From: an uncultured delta proteobacterium
Lineage (GTDB): Bacteria; Desulfobacterota; Binatia; UBA9968
Direction of reading: 5' to 3'
Length of the DNA stretch: 64,000 nt
Assembly: GCA_963727625.1 (NCBI GenBank)
Contig: CAVSHR010000004.1
Location: 1,376,001 to 1,440,000 of the forward strand
The notes under the pieces are model-generated. The model was not told where the DNA came from. It saw nothing but the letters and a program-made list of their open reading frames with translations, and did no database searches. Made by a program: the position numbers and the translations under genes. Each line of letters opens with the position of its first letter. The first letter of the stretch is position 1. Below, piece by piece: positions 38,131 through 48,772 of the stretch.

Positions 38131-39033
38131 TCAAGCAACGGGCGCTTCCAGTAACTCCAAGACCGCGGCGTCGCCGTCCAACAACATTCTTACGCCAAAC
38201 GGCAGGGCGAGGTTTTCCGGCCCATGGCCGGCCTTCATTCCCATAACCACGGGGTAACGCGCGTCGCGAAAGATATCGACGACAATCTCTCGCACGCCTC
38301 TGGTCCCCTCGTCTTCGCAGTTAGTGAAATCGCCCAGCACCACGCCCGCCACATGGTCGAGTTTTCCCGCCATCTTCAGATGGGTCAACATGCGTTCGAC
38401 CCGATACGGCCGCTCGCTCACATCCTCTAAAAAAAGTATTTTGCCAGCGGTATCGATTTCAAACGGCGTCCCGAGACTGGTGACTAAAAGAGATAGGCAG
38501 CCGCCCATCATCTCGGCTTCCACCCGGCCCGGCCTGATGCTTTCTCCCAGCGCAAGTTTCCACCCGCCCATGACACCGGCGAGAAGATTCCAAAAGTGCA
38601 TTTTGCCTTCGTCGCTCAACCCGCGTGCGATATCCATCGCCACCATGGGCGCGTGGAAAGTCACCATCTGGCAACTTTGGCACAGCCAATTCAGCAACGT
38701 CGTGACGTCGCTGTAGCCGGCAAAAATTTTCGGATGGCGACCCAGGTCCGAGCCCAAATAGGGAAGCAGTTGAACCGAGCCGAACCCGCCGCGGGCGCAA
38801 ATAATTGCGTCGATGTCCGGTCGGTGAAAAAAATCCACCAGATCTCGAGCTCGCGCTTGTGCTTTGCCGGCGAGATAACCGTTGCTGGCAAATAGATTCG
38901 GGCTCAGCTCGACTTCAAAACCCTGTGCGCGAATCGCGTCGACGCCAGCCTGAATCGTAATTCGATCGACTGTTCCGGCTGGCGCGGCCACACCGATTCG
39001 GCTGCCCGGTCTCAGACGTCGCGGTTTATGCAC
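38131..39033 (-). CDS. ldcA: LD-carboxypeptidase (peptidase S66)
   Basis: ARGGFGS, GYSDVT, LFLEDV and AGHG motifs. Confidence 0.9.
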   Translation of the reverse strand: MHKPRRLRPGSRIGVAAPAGTVDRITIQAGVDAIRAQGFEVELSPNLFASNGYLAGKAQARARDLVDFFHRPDIDAIICARGGFGSVQLLPYLGSDLGRHPKIFAGYSDVTTLLNWLCQSCQMVTFHAPMVAMDIARGLSDEGKMHFWNLLAGVMGGWKLALGESIRPGRVEAEMMGGCLSLLVTSLGTPFEIDTAGKILFLEDVSERPYRVERMLTHLKMAGKLDHVAGVVLGDFTNCEDEGTRGVREIVVDIFRDARYPVVMGMKAGHGPENLALPFGVRMLLDGDAAVLELLEAPVA

Positions 39034-39303
39034 AGCCTCGAGCCTTTTCCCTTGAGATGTTTATCCGACCGCGAGGCCGGAATTCGAGGCCCTGTGGATA
39101 ACTCTCCATGTGACATATTTGAGAATAGCACCGAAGGCATATATATTGGCAAAAAAGCTTTGTTTGTACAAGATTTTCCCGCCGCAAAGGAATGAGATCC
39201 CGGAAGCAAGGAGATGATTGACATCACCTCTGCGGCCGGTTAGATAGAAAGTAATTCACCGTAAATGCCGGTTTTTCCGCTGGTTGCTAAGAGGTTATCC
39301 ACA
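39026..39303. promoter_or_regulatory. DnaA-box cluster (candidate oriC or DnaA-regulated promoter)
   Basis: TTATGCACA 39026-39034, TGTGGATAA 39093-39101 and TTATCCACA 39295-39303; AT-rich tract at about 39110-39180; TTGACA-N17-TAGATA at 39218-39246. Confidence 0.6.
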
Positions 39304-39319
39304 GAGATTTCAACGCTCC

Positions 39320-39595
39320 ATGAAAATCAATCCGGACCAGATCGAGCGTCTCGCGTCGCTGTTAGTGGCAAACTATCGGGGCAAGCAGTTGATGACCACC
39401 AAGGCCGGCGAGGCCTCGATCAAAAACAAGATCGCTGAAGTGATCGCTAACAACTTCGCCGAGGAGGACGCGATCGAAGAGGAGGCGCGCCGGATGCTCG
39501 CTTCCCATGCGCGCGTGACGCGCGACATGGATCCCTACAAAATGTTTTCGCTCGCCAAGCAAAAGCTTGCCGCAAAGAAAGGCTTCATCCTTTGA
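39320..39595 (+). CDS. DUF507 family protein
   Basis: MKINPDQIERLA...KMFSLAKQKLAAKKGFIL. Confidence 0.8.
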   Translation: MKINPDQIERLASLLVANYRGKQLMTTKAGEASIKNKIAEVIANNFAEEDAIEEEARRMLASHARVTRDMDPYKMFSLAKQKLAAKKGFIL

Positions 39596-39867
39596 CGCGC
39601 GTCTCCGAGAGCCGCATTTCGCACCTTGCCCATCTAGTGTTGGACGGGCTACGCAAAGCACAATTGGCCGATTTTCCCAACGAGGGCCGTAGCTTGGTTG
39701 AGACAAAGCAAGTGTTGCACGACTTTTTCCAACGGGAAGATCACATCGACGAGGTGGCGCGGCAAAAAATCGCCTCGCTGTCGCGCCACGTGCCGCCGGG
39801 TAGCCGCGAGTGGGACATTCTCTACCGCAAATATTTCGAGGAAGAGTCACACAAGCAGCGCAAATAG
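39592..39867 (+). CDS. DUF507 family protein (second paralog)
   Basis: RVSESRISHLAH...ARQKIASLSRHVPPGSREWDILYRKYFEEE. Confidence 0.85.
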   Translation: MTRVSESRISHLAHLVLDGLRKAQLADFPNEGRSLVETKQVLHDFFQREDHIDEVARQKIASLSRHVPPGSREWDILYRKYFEEESHKQRK

Positions 39868-39934
39868 GCTTTTGCGACGGCCTTTCACCATGCTCGAAAT
39901 GGCTCATTTCAAAATGAATTTTTACCTAAAAACC

Positions 39935-39962
39935 TTGACATCTAAACATTGATGCTTAGATT
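39935..39962 (+). promoter_or_regulatory. sigma70-type promoter of groESL
   Basis: TTGACA-N16-TAGATT. Confidence 0.55.
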
Positions 39963-40064
39963 CAACTCGCCCTGGGTTCAAGTGGCTTCGTTCAGCCCAT
40001 GACAAACCCGAGCGAATCCTTAAAATTCAGCATCTTAACGTGAAACTCTGAAAGGAGACAGGAA

Positions 40065-42046
<1,982 letters not shown>

Positions 42047-42069
42047 CTCAAACTCAAATTGTCAGAATC

Positions 42070-42115
42070 GGCCCGTTGCGTGCGACAACCCCGCGCGTAA
42101 CGGGCCTTTCTATTT
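42070..42115 (+). terminator. Rho-independent terminator of groESL
   Basis: GGCCCGTTGCGTGCG/CGCGCGTAACGGGCC stem followed by TTTCTATTT. Confidence 0.85.
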
Positions 42116-42124
42116 CTAGCGAGC

Positions 42125-42153
42125 TTGACTCCGGAAACTTTTCATATTACCTT
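42125..42153 (+). promoter_or_regulatory. sigma70-type promoter of ffh
   Basis: TTGACT-N17-TACCTT. Confidence 0.5.
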
Positions 42154-42200
42154 GCTGGGAAACTTTCCCTTGAAAATATCGTCATTTAGCACCTGTATTC

Positions 42201-43541
42201 ATGTTCGAATCTTTAACTGACAAGCTTGAACTGACCTTTAAGCGGTTGCGCGGTCAGGGCAAGATTAGCGAGAGTAACATCGACGACGCGCTACGCGACG
42301 TTCGCCTCGCGTTGCTCGAGGCCGATGTCCATGTGCAGGTCGTCAAGAGCTTTCTCGAATCGGTCAAAACCAAGGCGATGGGGCAGGAGGTTTTGCAGAG
42401 CCTCACACCCGAACAACAGTTTCTCAAGATCGTTCGCGATGAGCTCATCGATCTTTTGGGCGGCGAACACCAAAATCTCGATCTCAAAGCGGCGCCGCCT
42501 GTCGTCATTATGATGGTGGGCCTGCAAGGCTCCGGCAAAACCACCACCCTGGCCAAGCTCGCCCGCTACCTCAAGAAAGACAAGAAGCGCGCGCCATACC
42601 TTGTCCCGGCCGATATTTATCGTCCAGCGGCCATCGAGCAATTGAAGATTCTCGGCAAGGAGCTGGAAGTGCCGGTATACGACGCGAATCCGGAAACCTC
42701 GCCGGTGTTGATTTGCCAACGTGCCTTACAAGAAGCTAAGCAGAGATTCTGCGACGTCCTGCTCATCGACACCGCGGGGCGCTTGCATATCGACGAAACG
42801 CTCATGCAAGAACTCCAGGCGATTAAAGCCGCGGTCAGGCCGCACCAGATCCTGTTCGTCGCCGATTCCATGACTGGTCAAGACGCCGTCAATCAAGCCA
42901 TGGGCTTTGAAGCAAAAATAGGGCTGTCGGGGATCGTCCTTACCAAGCTGGACGGCGACGCCCGCGGCGGTGCCGCGTTATCGATCCGTAAGATAGTCGG
43001 CAAGCCGATTTTATTTTCCGGCATCGGTGAAAAGCTCGACGCTCTAGAGCCCTTTTATCCGGACCGCCTGGCCTCGCGCATCCTCGGAATGGGCGACGTA
43101 CTGTCGCTGATCGACAAGGTTCAGCAGAACGTCGAACAAAAAGAAGCTGCGAGGCTGCAGCAAGCGTTTCAGAAGCAGCAATTCACCCTGGAAGAATTTC
43201 AACTTCAGCTCCAGCAAATTAAACGCATGGGGCCGGTGGGCAACTTGTTGGAGATGATTCCGGGCGGAAAAAAGCTCGCCGACCAGGTCGATTCGGATAA
43301 GGCGGAAAAAGAACTGAAGCGCGTCGAAGCGATCATCAACTCGATGACGCTGAAGGAGCGGCGTAATCCAGCGCTGCTGAACGGCAGCCGGCGGCGCCGC
43401 ATTGCCCAGGGCAGCGGCACCACGGTGACCGATGTCAACCGATTGATGAAACAATTCATGGAAATGAAAAAAATGATGCACAGGGTCAGCAAAGGCGGCA
43501 TGCGCGCGTTGCTCGGCCGGATGCCGAACCCGTTTCACTAG
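42201..43541 (+). CDS. ffh: Signal recognition particle protein
   Basis: [24 protein letters not shown] and the M-domain. Confidence 0.98.
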   Translation: MFESLTDKLELTFKRLRGQGKISESNIDDALRDVRLALLEADVHVQVVKSFLESVKTKAMGQEVLQSLTPEQQFLKIVRDELIDLLGGEHQNLDLKAAPPVVIMMVGLQGSGKTTTLAKLARYLKKDKKRAPYLVPADIYRPAAIEQLKILGKELEVPVYDANPETSPVLICQRALQEAKQRFCDVLLIDTAGRLHIDETLMQELQAIKAAVRPHQILFVADSMTGQDAVNQAMGFEAKIGLSGIVLTKLDGDARGGAALSIRKIVGKPILFSGIGEKLDALEPFYPDRLASRILGMGDVLSLIDKVQQNVEQKEAARLQQAFQKQQFTLEEFQLQLQQIKRMGPVGNLLEMIPGGKKLADQVDSDKAEKELKRVEAIINSMTLKERRNPALLNGSRRRRIAQGSGTTVTDVNRLMKQFMEMKKMMHRVSKGGMRALLGRMPNPFH

Positions 43542-43564
43542 ACAAGGAGAAGGGAATAACTCGT

Positions 43565-43810
43565 ATGAGCGTAACCATAAGAATGAGCCGGCATGGGGCA
43601 AAGAAAAAACCTTTTTACCGCATCGTCGTCAGCGACCAGCGCTATCCGCGCGATGGCCGTTACATCGAGCAGGTTGGAACCTATGATCCGCGCGCCAAGA
43701 GCGGCGGGGTAAAATTGAATCAGGTGAAGATCGAAGCTTGGATTAAAAAGGGAGCCAAGCCCTCGCAAACGGTTTCCGAACTCATCAAGAAAGAAAAGAA
43801 GGCCGGTTAG
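43565..43810 (+). CDS. rpsP: 30S ribosomal protein S16
   Basis: [30 protein letters not shown]. Confidence 0.97.
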   Translation: MSVTIRMSRHGAKKKPFYRIVVSDQRYPRDGRYIEQVGTYDPRAKSGGVKLNQVKIEAWIKKGAKPSQTVSELIKKEKKAG

Positions 43811-43821
43811 GCGTTCTTTCC

Positions 43822-44058
43822 ATGAAGGATCTGGTTCAATATCTTGCAAAATCTTTGGTGAGCAATCCCGATGCCGTCGAGATTACCGAAACGATCAGCG
43901 ACGGCACTTCGGTATTCGGGCTCAAGGTCGCTAAAGAAGATTTGGGCCGGATCATCGGCAAGCAAGGGCGCACGGCCAAAGCGATCCGCACTCTATTGAA
44001 CGCCGCAGCGACGATCGACAACCGCAGAGTCGCCCTGGAAATCTTCGAAGAAAAATAG
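43822..44058 (+). CDS. khpA: KH-domain RNA-binding protein
   Basis: DLGRIIGKQGRTAKAIR; sits between rpsP and rimM. Confidence 0.92.
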   Translation: MKDLVQYLAKSLVSNPDAVEITETISDGTSVFGLKVAKEDLGRIIGKQGRTAKAIRTLLNAAATIDNRRVALEIFEEK

Positions 44059-44079
44059 CGTCCATCCGGGCCGCTGCCG

Positions 44080-44592
44080 ATGGCTGAATCGATCGTTCCC
44101 CTCGGTAAAATCGTTACCACCCACGGTCTCAACGGCTGGTTAAAGCTCAACCCTTTCAACCTGGACACCACGGTGCTCGCCAGCGGCACCGAGGTTATTC
44201 TGGAAAAACCCGGGAACCAAACGGCGCATCGAGTCGAGGCATGCAACCCGCAGCGAAATCAATTCCTGGTCAAACTTGAAGACGTAAACAACATCGATGA
44301 CGCGACGCGCCATATTGGCGCGACTCTTTGCGTGAGCGAAGCGGCGCTGGAGGCGCTGGAACCGGGACAATACTACCACTACCAGGTCGTCGGCTTCGAA
44401 GTTTATGACCTGAGCGGCGAACGTATCGGAACAATTTCCGCAACGATGTCGACGGCGGGCGGCGAACTCTACGTGATTCAAGGCCCGGAGAAAGAGCACC
44501 TGATTCCAGCCGTGAAAGAATTTATCGAGAAGGTGGATTTCACCGCCCGCCGGGTGATCGTCAATCCGCCCGAAGGATTGTTGGACCTGTAG
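44080..44592 (+). CDS. rimM: 16S rRNA processing protein RimM
   Basis: [11 protein letters not shown] and EHLIPAV motifs; operon position. Confidence 0.93.
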   Translation: MAESIVPLGKIVTTHGLNGWLKLNPFNLDTTVLASGTEVILEKPGNQTAHRVEACNPQRNQFLVKLEDVNNIDDATRHIGATLCVSEAALEALEPGQYYHYQVVGFEVYDLSGERIGTISATMSTAGGELYVIQGPEKEHLIPAVKEFIEKVDFTARRVIVNPPEGLLDL

Positions 44593-44618
44593 ATCAATGG
44601 ATCCTGCAAAAGGCCGCG

Positions 44619-45896
44619 ATGCTCAATTTTACTGTCATTACAATTTTTCCGGCGATGTTCGATTCATCGCTCGGCCATAGCATTTTGAAAAAGGCGCGGG
44701 AGAAGGGTCTGATCAAGGTTACCCTCGTCGATCTGCGCGACTATACCAACGATCCCCATCGCAGCACCGACGACACTCCCTACGGCGGCGGCCATGGCAT
44801 GGTGATGAAGCCCGAGCCGCTGGCGGCGGCCATCGAACAAACAAGAAACAACAGCCCGGGCGCCCGGGTCATTTTGTTAACCCCGCGAGGCCAGGTCTTC
44901 GACCAGGAAACCGCCCAGCGGCTTTCTCAAGAACAAGAAGTAGTTCTGCTCTGCGGCCGGTACGAAGGAGTTGACGAACGGGTCACGGCATTTGTCGACG
45001 AAGAAATTTCCATCGGCGACTACACCCTGAGCGGCGGCGAGCCAGCCGCAACCGTGGTCATTGATGCCGTCGCCCGGCTGGTGCCCGGAGTCCTGGGAAA
45101 CGAAAACTCTGCCCTGGAGGAATCCTTTAGCAACGGACTGCTCGAATACCCACAGTATACCCGGCCCGCGGAGTTTCGCGGTATGAAAGTTCCCGAGGTA
45201 TTGCTCTCCGGCGATCATGAGCGCATTCGACAATGGCGCCACCGGCAAAGCCTGGAGCTGACGCACGAGCGGCGGCCGGAATTATATGCGCACACCCTAG
45301 AGCAACACAAAGAAGCAGTCCGAACACAGCGGGTCATCGCACCGATTTACGTCGCTCTCTTACACCATCCGGTATACGACAAGAACAGCCAGGTAGTTAC
45401 GGCGGCCGTGACCAATATGGATATTCACGACATCGCCCGCTCCGGCTGCACCTACGGCCTGGCGGGTTTCTTCGTAGTCACCCCGGTCAAGGCGTTACAA
45501 AAGCTCGCGCTAAAAATCATCGACCACTGGGAGACCGGCTACGGCAGCCAGTACAATGTCACGCGTAAGGAAGCCTTGGCGCTGACGCGCATTTGCGACA
45601 GCCTTGACGACGCTATCATCGCGGTCGAGCGGGAGACCGGCGAAAAACCGGTGGTGGTGGCTACTTCGGCCCGGCACGGGGAAACCCGCGCCTCTTTCCC
45701 TTGGCTGCGGGACATGTTACATAGAGAAACTCGGCCCTTTCTTATCCTCCTTGGCACCGGATGGGGCCTAACCGAAACCGTACTTTTACAATCAGATTAC
45801 GTGCTAGAGGCGATCGAAGGGCGCGGCGATTACAATCATCTTTCGGTGCGCTCCGCCGCCGCGATCATTTTGGACCGCCTGCTGGGACGTCAGTGA
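44619..45896 (+). CDS. trmD: tRNA (guanine37-N1) methyltransferase fused to a second SPOUT methyltransferase domain
   Basis: [29 protein letters not shown] and LEYPQYTRP motifs, then [39 protein letters not shown]. Confidence 0.93.
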   Translation: MLNFTVITIFPAMFDSSLGHSILKKAREKGLIKVTLVDLRDYTNDPHRSTDDTPYGGGHGMVMKPEPLAAAIEQTRNNSPGARVILLTPRGQVFDQETAQRLSQEQEVVLLCGRYEGVDERVTAFVDEEISIGDYTLSGGEPAATVVIDAVARLVPGVLGNENSALEESFSNGLLEYPQYTRPAEFRGMKVPEVLLSGDHERIRQWRHRQSLELTHERRPELYAHTLEQHKEAVRTQRVIAPIYVALLHHPVYDKNSQVVTAAVTNMDIHDIARSGCTYGLAGFFVVTPVKALQKLALKIIDHWETGYGSQYNVTRKEALALTRICDSLDDAIIAVERETGEKPVVVATSARHGETRASFPWLRDMLHRETRPFLILLGTGWGLTETVLLQSDYVLEAIEGRGDYNHLSVRSAAAIILDRLLGRQ

Positions 45897-45912
45897 GAAA
45901 TAGGAGTAAATT

Positions 45913-46257
45913 ATGAATATCGTCGGTCAACTCGAAGCGGAACAGGTCAAAAAAGAAGTGCCCACGTTGCGCCCGGGCGAAACCGTGCGCGTCCACGTCA
46001 AGGTTGTCGAAGGCGAAAAGGAACGGACCCAGGTCTTCGAAGGCGTCATCATCGGCATGTCGGGGAGCGGCAACCGCGCCATGTTTACCGTGCGCAAGAT
46101 ATCCTACGGCGTCGGCGTCGAGCGGATCTTTCCAATCCACTCGCCGCGCATCGACAAAGTCGAAATCGTCTCTCGTGGCAAGGTCCGGCGCGCCAAGCTC
46201 TACTTCCTGCGCGAGCTCTCAGGCAAAGCCGCTCGGCTGATCGGCCGGGATCGCTAA
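45913..46257 (+). CDS. rplS: 50S ribosomal protein L19
   Basis: [28 protein letters not shown]. Confidence 0.98.
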   Translation: MNIVGQLEAEQVKKEVPTLRPGETVRVHVKVVEGEKERTQVFEGVIIGMSGSGNRAMFTVRKISYGVGVERIFPIHSPRIDKVEIVSRGKVRRAKLYFLRELSGKAARLIGRDR

Positions 46258-46275
46258 ACCGATCGACGTCGGCTG

Positions 46276-46635
46276 TCAATTTTTGCCTAAAATATTCCCT
46301 CTGCCGTCGAAGGTCGCCCCGGGGTGGATGCGCAGTTCGCCCACCCGGGCGTCGCCCTTGAAGTAACCGCCCGGCATTAGCTCAAAGCAGCCCATCGCTT
46401 GTACCGAACCCACCAGCCTGCCCTCCAGATGGACCTGGCGCGCGGAGATTTGGGCATCGACCTGCGCGTTGGCACCAATGACCAGCAGCTCGGTTGATTT
46501 GATCTCGCCGGTAAAGTTCCCGTCGATCTTCACCGGCAAATTATAGCTGAGCTTTCCGGAGATCGACGAATTCGCGAACAGCACCGTTCTTGGCGCCGCT
46601 CCTTGGATAAATGACGGGTTCTCGGTTTCGTTCAT
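46276..46635 (-). CDS. Bactofilin (polymer-forming cytoskeletal protein)
   Basis: ISGKL..VKIDGNFTGEI..LVIGANAQVDA..IHPGATFDG. Confidence 0.8.
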   Translation of the reverse strand: MNETENPSFIQGAAPRTVLFANSSISGKLSYNLPVKIDGNFTGEIKSTELLVIGANAQVDAQISARQVHLEGRLVGSVQAMGCFELMPGGYFKGDARVGELRIHPGATFDGRGNILGKN

Positions 46636-46752
46636 AGTCGTCACGGCGAATCATTGATGAAAACAGCCATAGAATAACATCGATGGCCGTTTAACGAAAG
46701 GCGAATGTCCGCGCCCTATAACGATACCGCCGAGCTGTGTTAACATGGCGAT

Positions 46753-48081
46753 ATGGATCTTTTCGGTTCGACGCCGTCTAAGCACCCATCATCCGCGCAG
46801 CCATTGGCCGAGCGCATGCGCCCGGCCCGTCTGGAAGAGTTCGTCGGACAGGATCACCTGCTCGGTCCCGGCAAACTTTTGAGCGGTATGCTCGCCTCGG
46901 CCAAGCTCCGCTCGCTGATTCTCTGGGGCCCACCCGGTAGCGGCAAAACCACGCTGGCGCAGATCATCGCGAAATCGGCGCAGGCGGTCTGCGTCAATTT
47001 TTCCGCTGTTACCGCGGGCGTCAAAGACCTCAAAAAAATCATTCAAGAGGCGGAACAGCTCCAAAGGGTCGGGAAGGTGACGGTGCTCTTCATCGACGAG
47101 ATTCATCACTTCAATAAGGCGCAGCAGGATAACTTCCTGCCCCATGTCGAGCGCGGCACGCTGATCCTGATCGGCGCAACCACGGAGAATCCCTCTTTCG
47201 AAGTCATTTCTCCCCTGCTCTCGCGCTGCCAGGTGCTCATGCTCAAGGCCCTCGCCCCGGCGGATCTCGGAAAAATCATCGACCGCGCGCTCACCGACCA
47301 GAAATGCGGCCTCGGCAAGCTGAACCTGCAACTCGCGGCTGGCGGCCGCGAGTTCTTGATTCAGCAGTCGCAGGGCGATTGCCGCACCGCCTTAAACGCT
47401 CTGGAAAACGCTGCCACCCTCGCCGAGGGCCACGGAGAAAACCAGATTGGTTTGGCACAGCTCCAAGAAGCGCTGCAAAGCCGCGCCTTGCGGTACGATA
47501 AGTCCGGCGAAGAGCATTACAATGTCATCTCGGCGTTTATCAAAAGCATGCGCGGCAGCGACCCCGACGCCGCGCTCTACTGGATGATCCGCATGATCGA
47601 GGCCGGCGAAGATCCGCTTTTCATCGCGCGCCGCATGGTCATCTTTGCTGCCGAAGATATCGGCAACGCCGATCCTCAAGCTCTCCAAATGGCGGTCGCC
47701 GCCAAGGATGCGGTCCATTTCGTCGGCTTGCCCGAAGGACGCATCCCATTGGCGCAAGCGGCCACTTACCTCGCCAGCGCGCCCAAGTCGAACGCGTCGT
47801 ACAAAGCGATGCTCGCCGCCGCGCAAGACGTGCAGGAACGCGGCGCCTTGCCGGTACCGATGCATTTGCGCAACGCACCGACCGGGCTGATGAAAGCTCT
47901 CGGTTACGGCAAGGACTATAAGTACGCCCATGATTACGACGACCACATCGTCGAGCAACGCCACTTGCCCAACGAACTGCAAGACAAACGGTATTACGCA
48001 CCCAGCGATTCCGGTTACGAGAAACAGATCCGCGAACGACTCAAACTCTGGCAGGAAAAAAAGCTTCAAAAAAAGCGTTGA
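46753..48081 (+). CDS. rarA: Replication-associated recombination protein A (MgsA)
   Basis: PLAERMRP, WGPPGSGKTT, GATTENP and SAFIKSMRGSDPDA motifs. Confidence 0.95.
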   Translation: MDLFGSTPSKHPSSAQPLAERMRPARLEEFVGQDHLLGPGKLLSGMLASAKLRSLILWGPPGSGKTTLAQIIAKSAQAVCVNFSAVTAGVKDLKKIIQEAEQLQRVGKVTVLFIDEIHHFNKAQQDNFLPHVERGTLILIGATTENPSFEVISPLLSRCQVLMLKALAPADLGKIIDRALTDQKCGLGKLNLQLAAGGREFLIQQSQGDCRTALNALENAATLAEGHGENQIGLAQLQEALQSRALRYDKSGEEHYNVISAFIKSMRGSDPDAALYWMIRMIEAGEDPLFIARRMVIFAAEDIGNADPQALQMAVAAKDAVHFVGLPEGRIPLAQAATYLASAPKSNASYKAMLAAAQDVQERGALPVPMHLRNAPTGLMKALGYGKDYKYAHDYDDHIVEQRHLPNELQDKRYYAPSDSGYEKQIRERLKLWQEKKLQKKR

Positions 48082-48181
48082 GCACCGACTGAAAGCACAG
48101 CGGATCGACAACGTTCATGGGTTGGAAAGTCAAGCCTCAGAAAACCCGTTTCGCCCGAGCGATCAGCATCGGAAATAGTTT

Positions 48182-48730
48182 ATGGAGCGGTTGCAAAAAC
48201 ACTTCGTCGTCTGCCTGATCACCGGACTGGTCGCGATCTTACCGATCGGCGGCACGATTCTGCTCATCGTCTTCGCCGAAAGATCGCTCAGTCCGCTGGT
48301 ACCGGCCCGTTTCTATTTTCCCGGTGAAGGATTGCTGCTCGTCATCGCGGTGATCTATCTTTTGGGGCTGACGCTCACCTCCGTGATCGGACATTGGCTC
48401 TGGAACGCTCTCGACGCCGGCTTAACGCGCCTGCCGGGTTTGGGGATGCTCTATCGCACTTTGAAACAAATCCTCGGCTTAGATGCCGGTGAAGGTGCTT
48501 TGTTTCAACGGGTCGTCCTGGTTCCCGACGATAGCACCGGCAGCGTGGAGATTGGTTTGGTCACCGCTTCCGACGGCCAAGGTGATACGACCCAATTGGT
48601 CGTCTTCGTGCCCAATTCGCCCAACCCGTCCCAGGGCCGCCTGCTGCGCATCGCCGCCAGCCGGGTTACGTCCACCGACTGGAGTATTGACAAAGCACTT
48701 AAAGCGCTCTTTTCTCTCGGCAAGATTTAG
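48182..48730 (+). CDS. DUF502 membrane protein
   Basis: Two TM segments; VFVPNSPNPSQG..IDKALKALFSLG. Confidence 0.8.
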   Translation: MERLQKHFVVCLITGLVAILPIGGTILLIVFAERSLSPLVPARFYFPGEGLLLVIAVIYLLGLTLTSVIGHWLWNALDAGLTRLPGLGMLYRTLKQILGLDAGEGALFQRVVLVPDDSTGSVEIGLVTASDGQGDTTQLVVFVPNSPNPSQGRLLRIAASRVTSTDWSIDKALKALFSLGKI

Positions 48731-48772
48731 ACATGGAGGAACCTTTTGGAACCGCTTTTGGAAACGCGGCGA

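Noticed and set aside
48738-48766. Short direct repeat CTTTTGGAA between convergent genes
   Set aside because: Only two copies, with no spacer structure or context.
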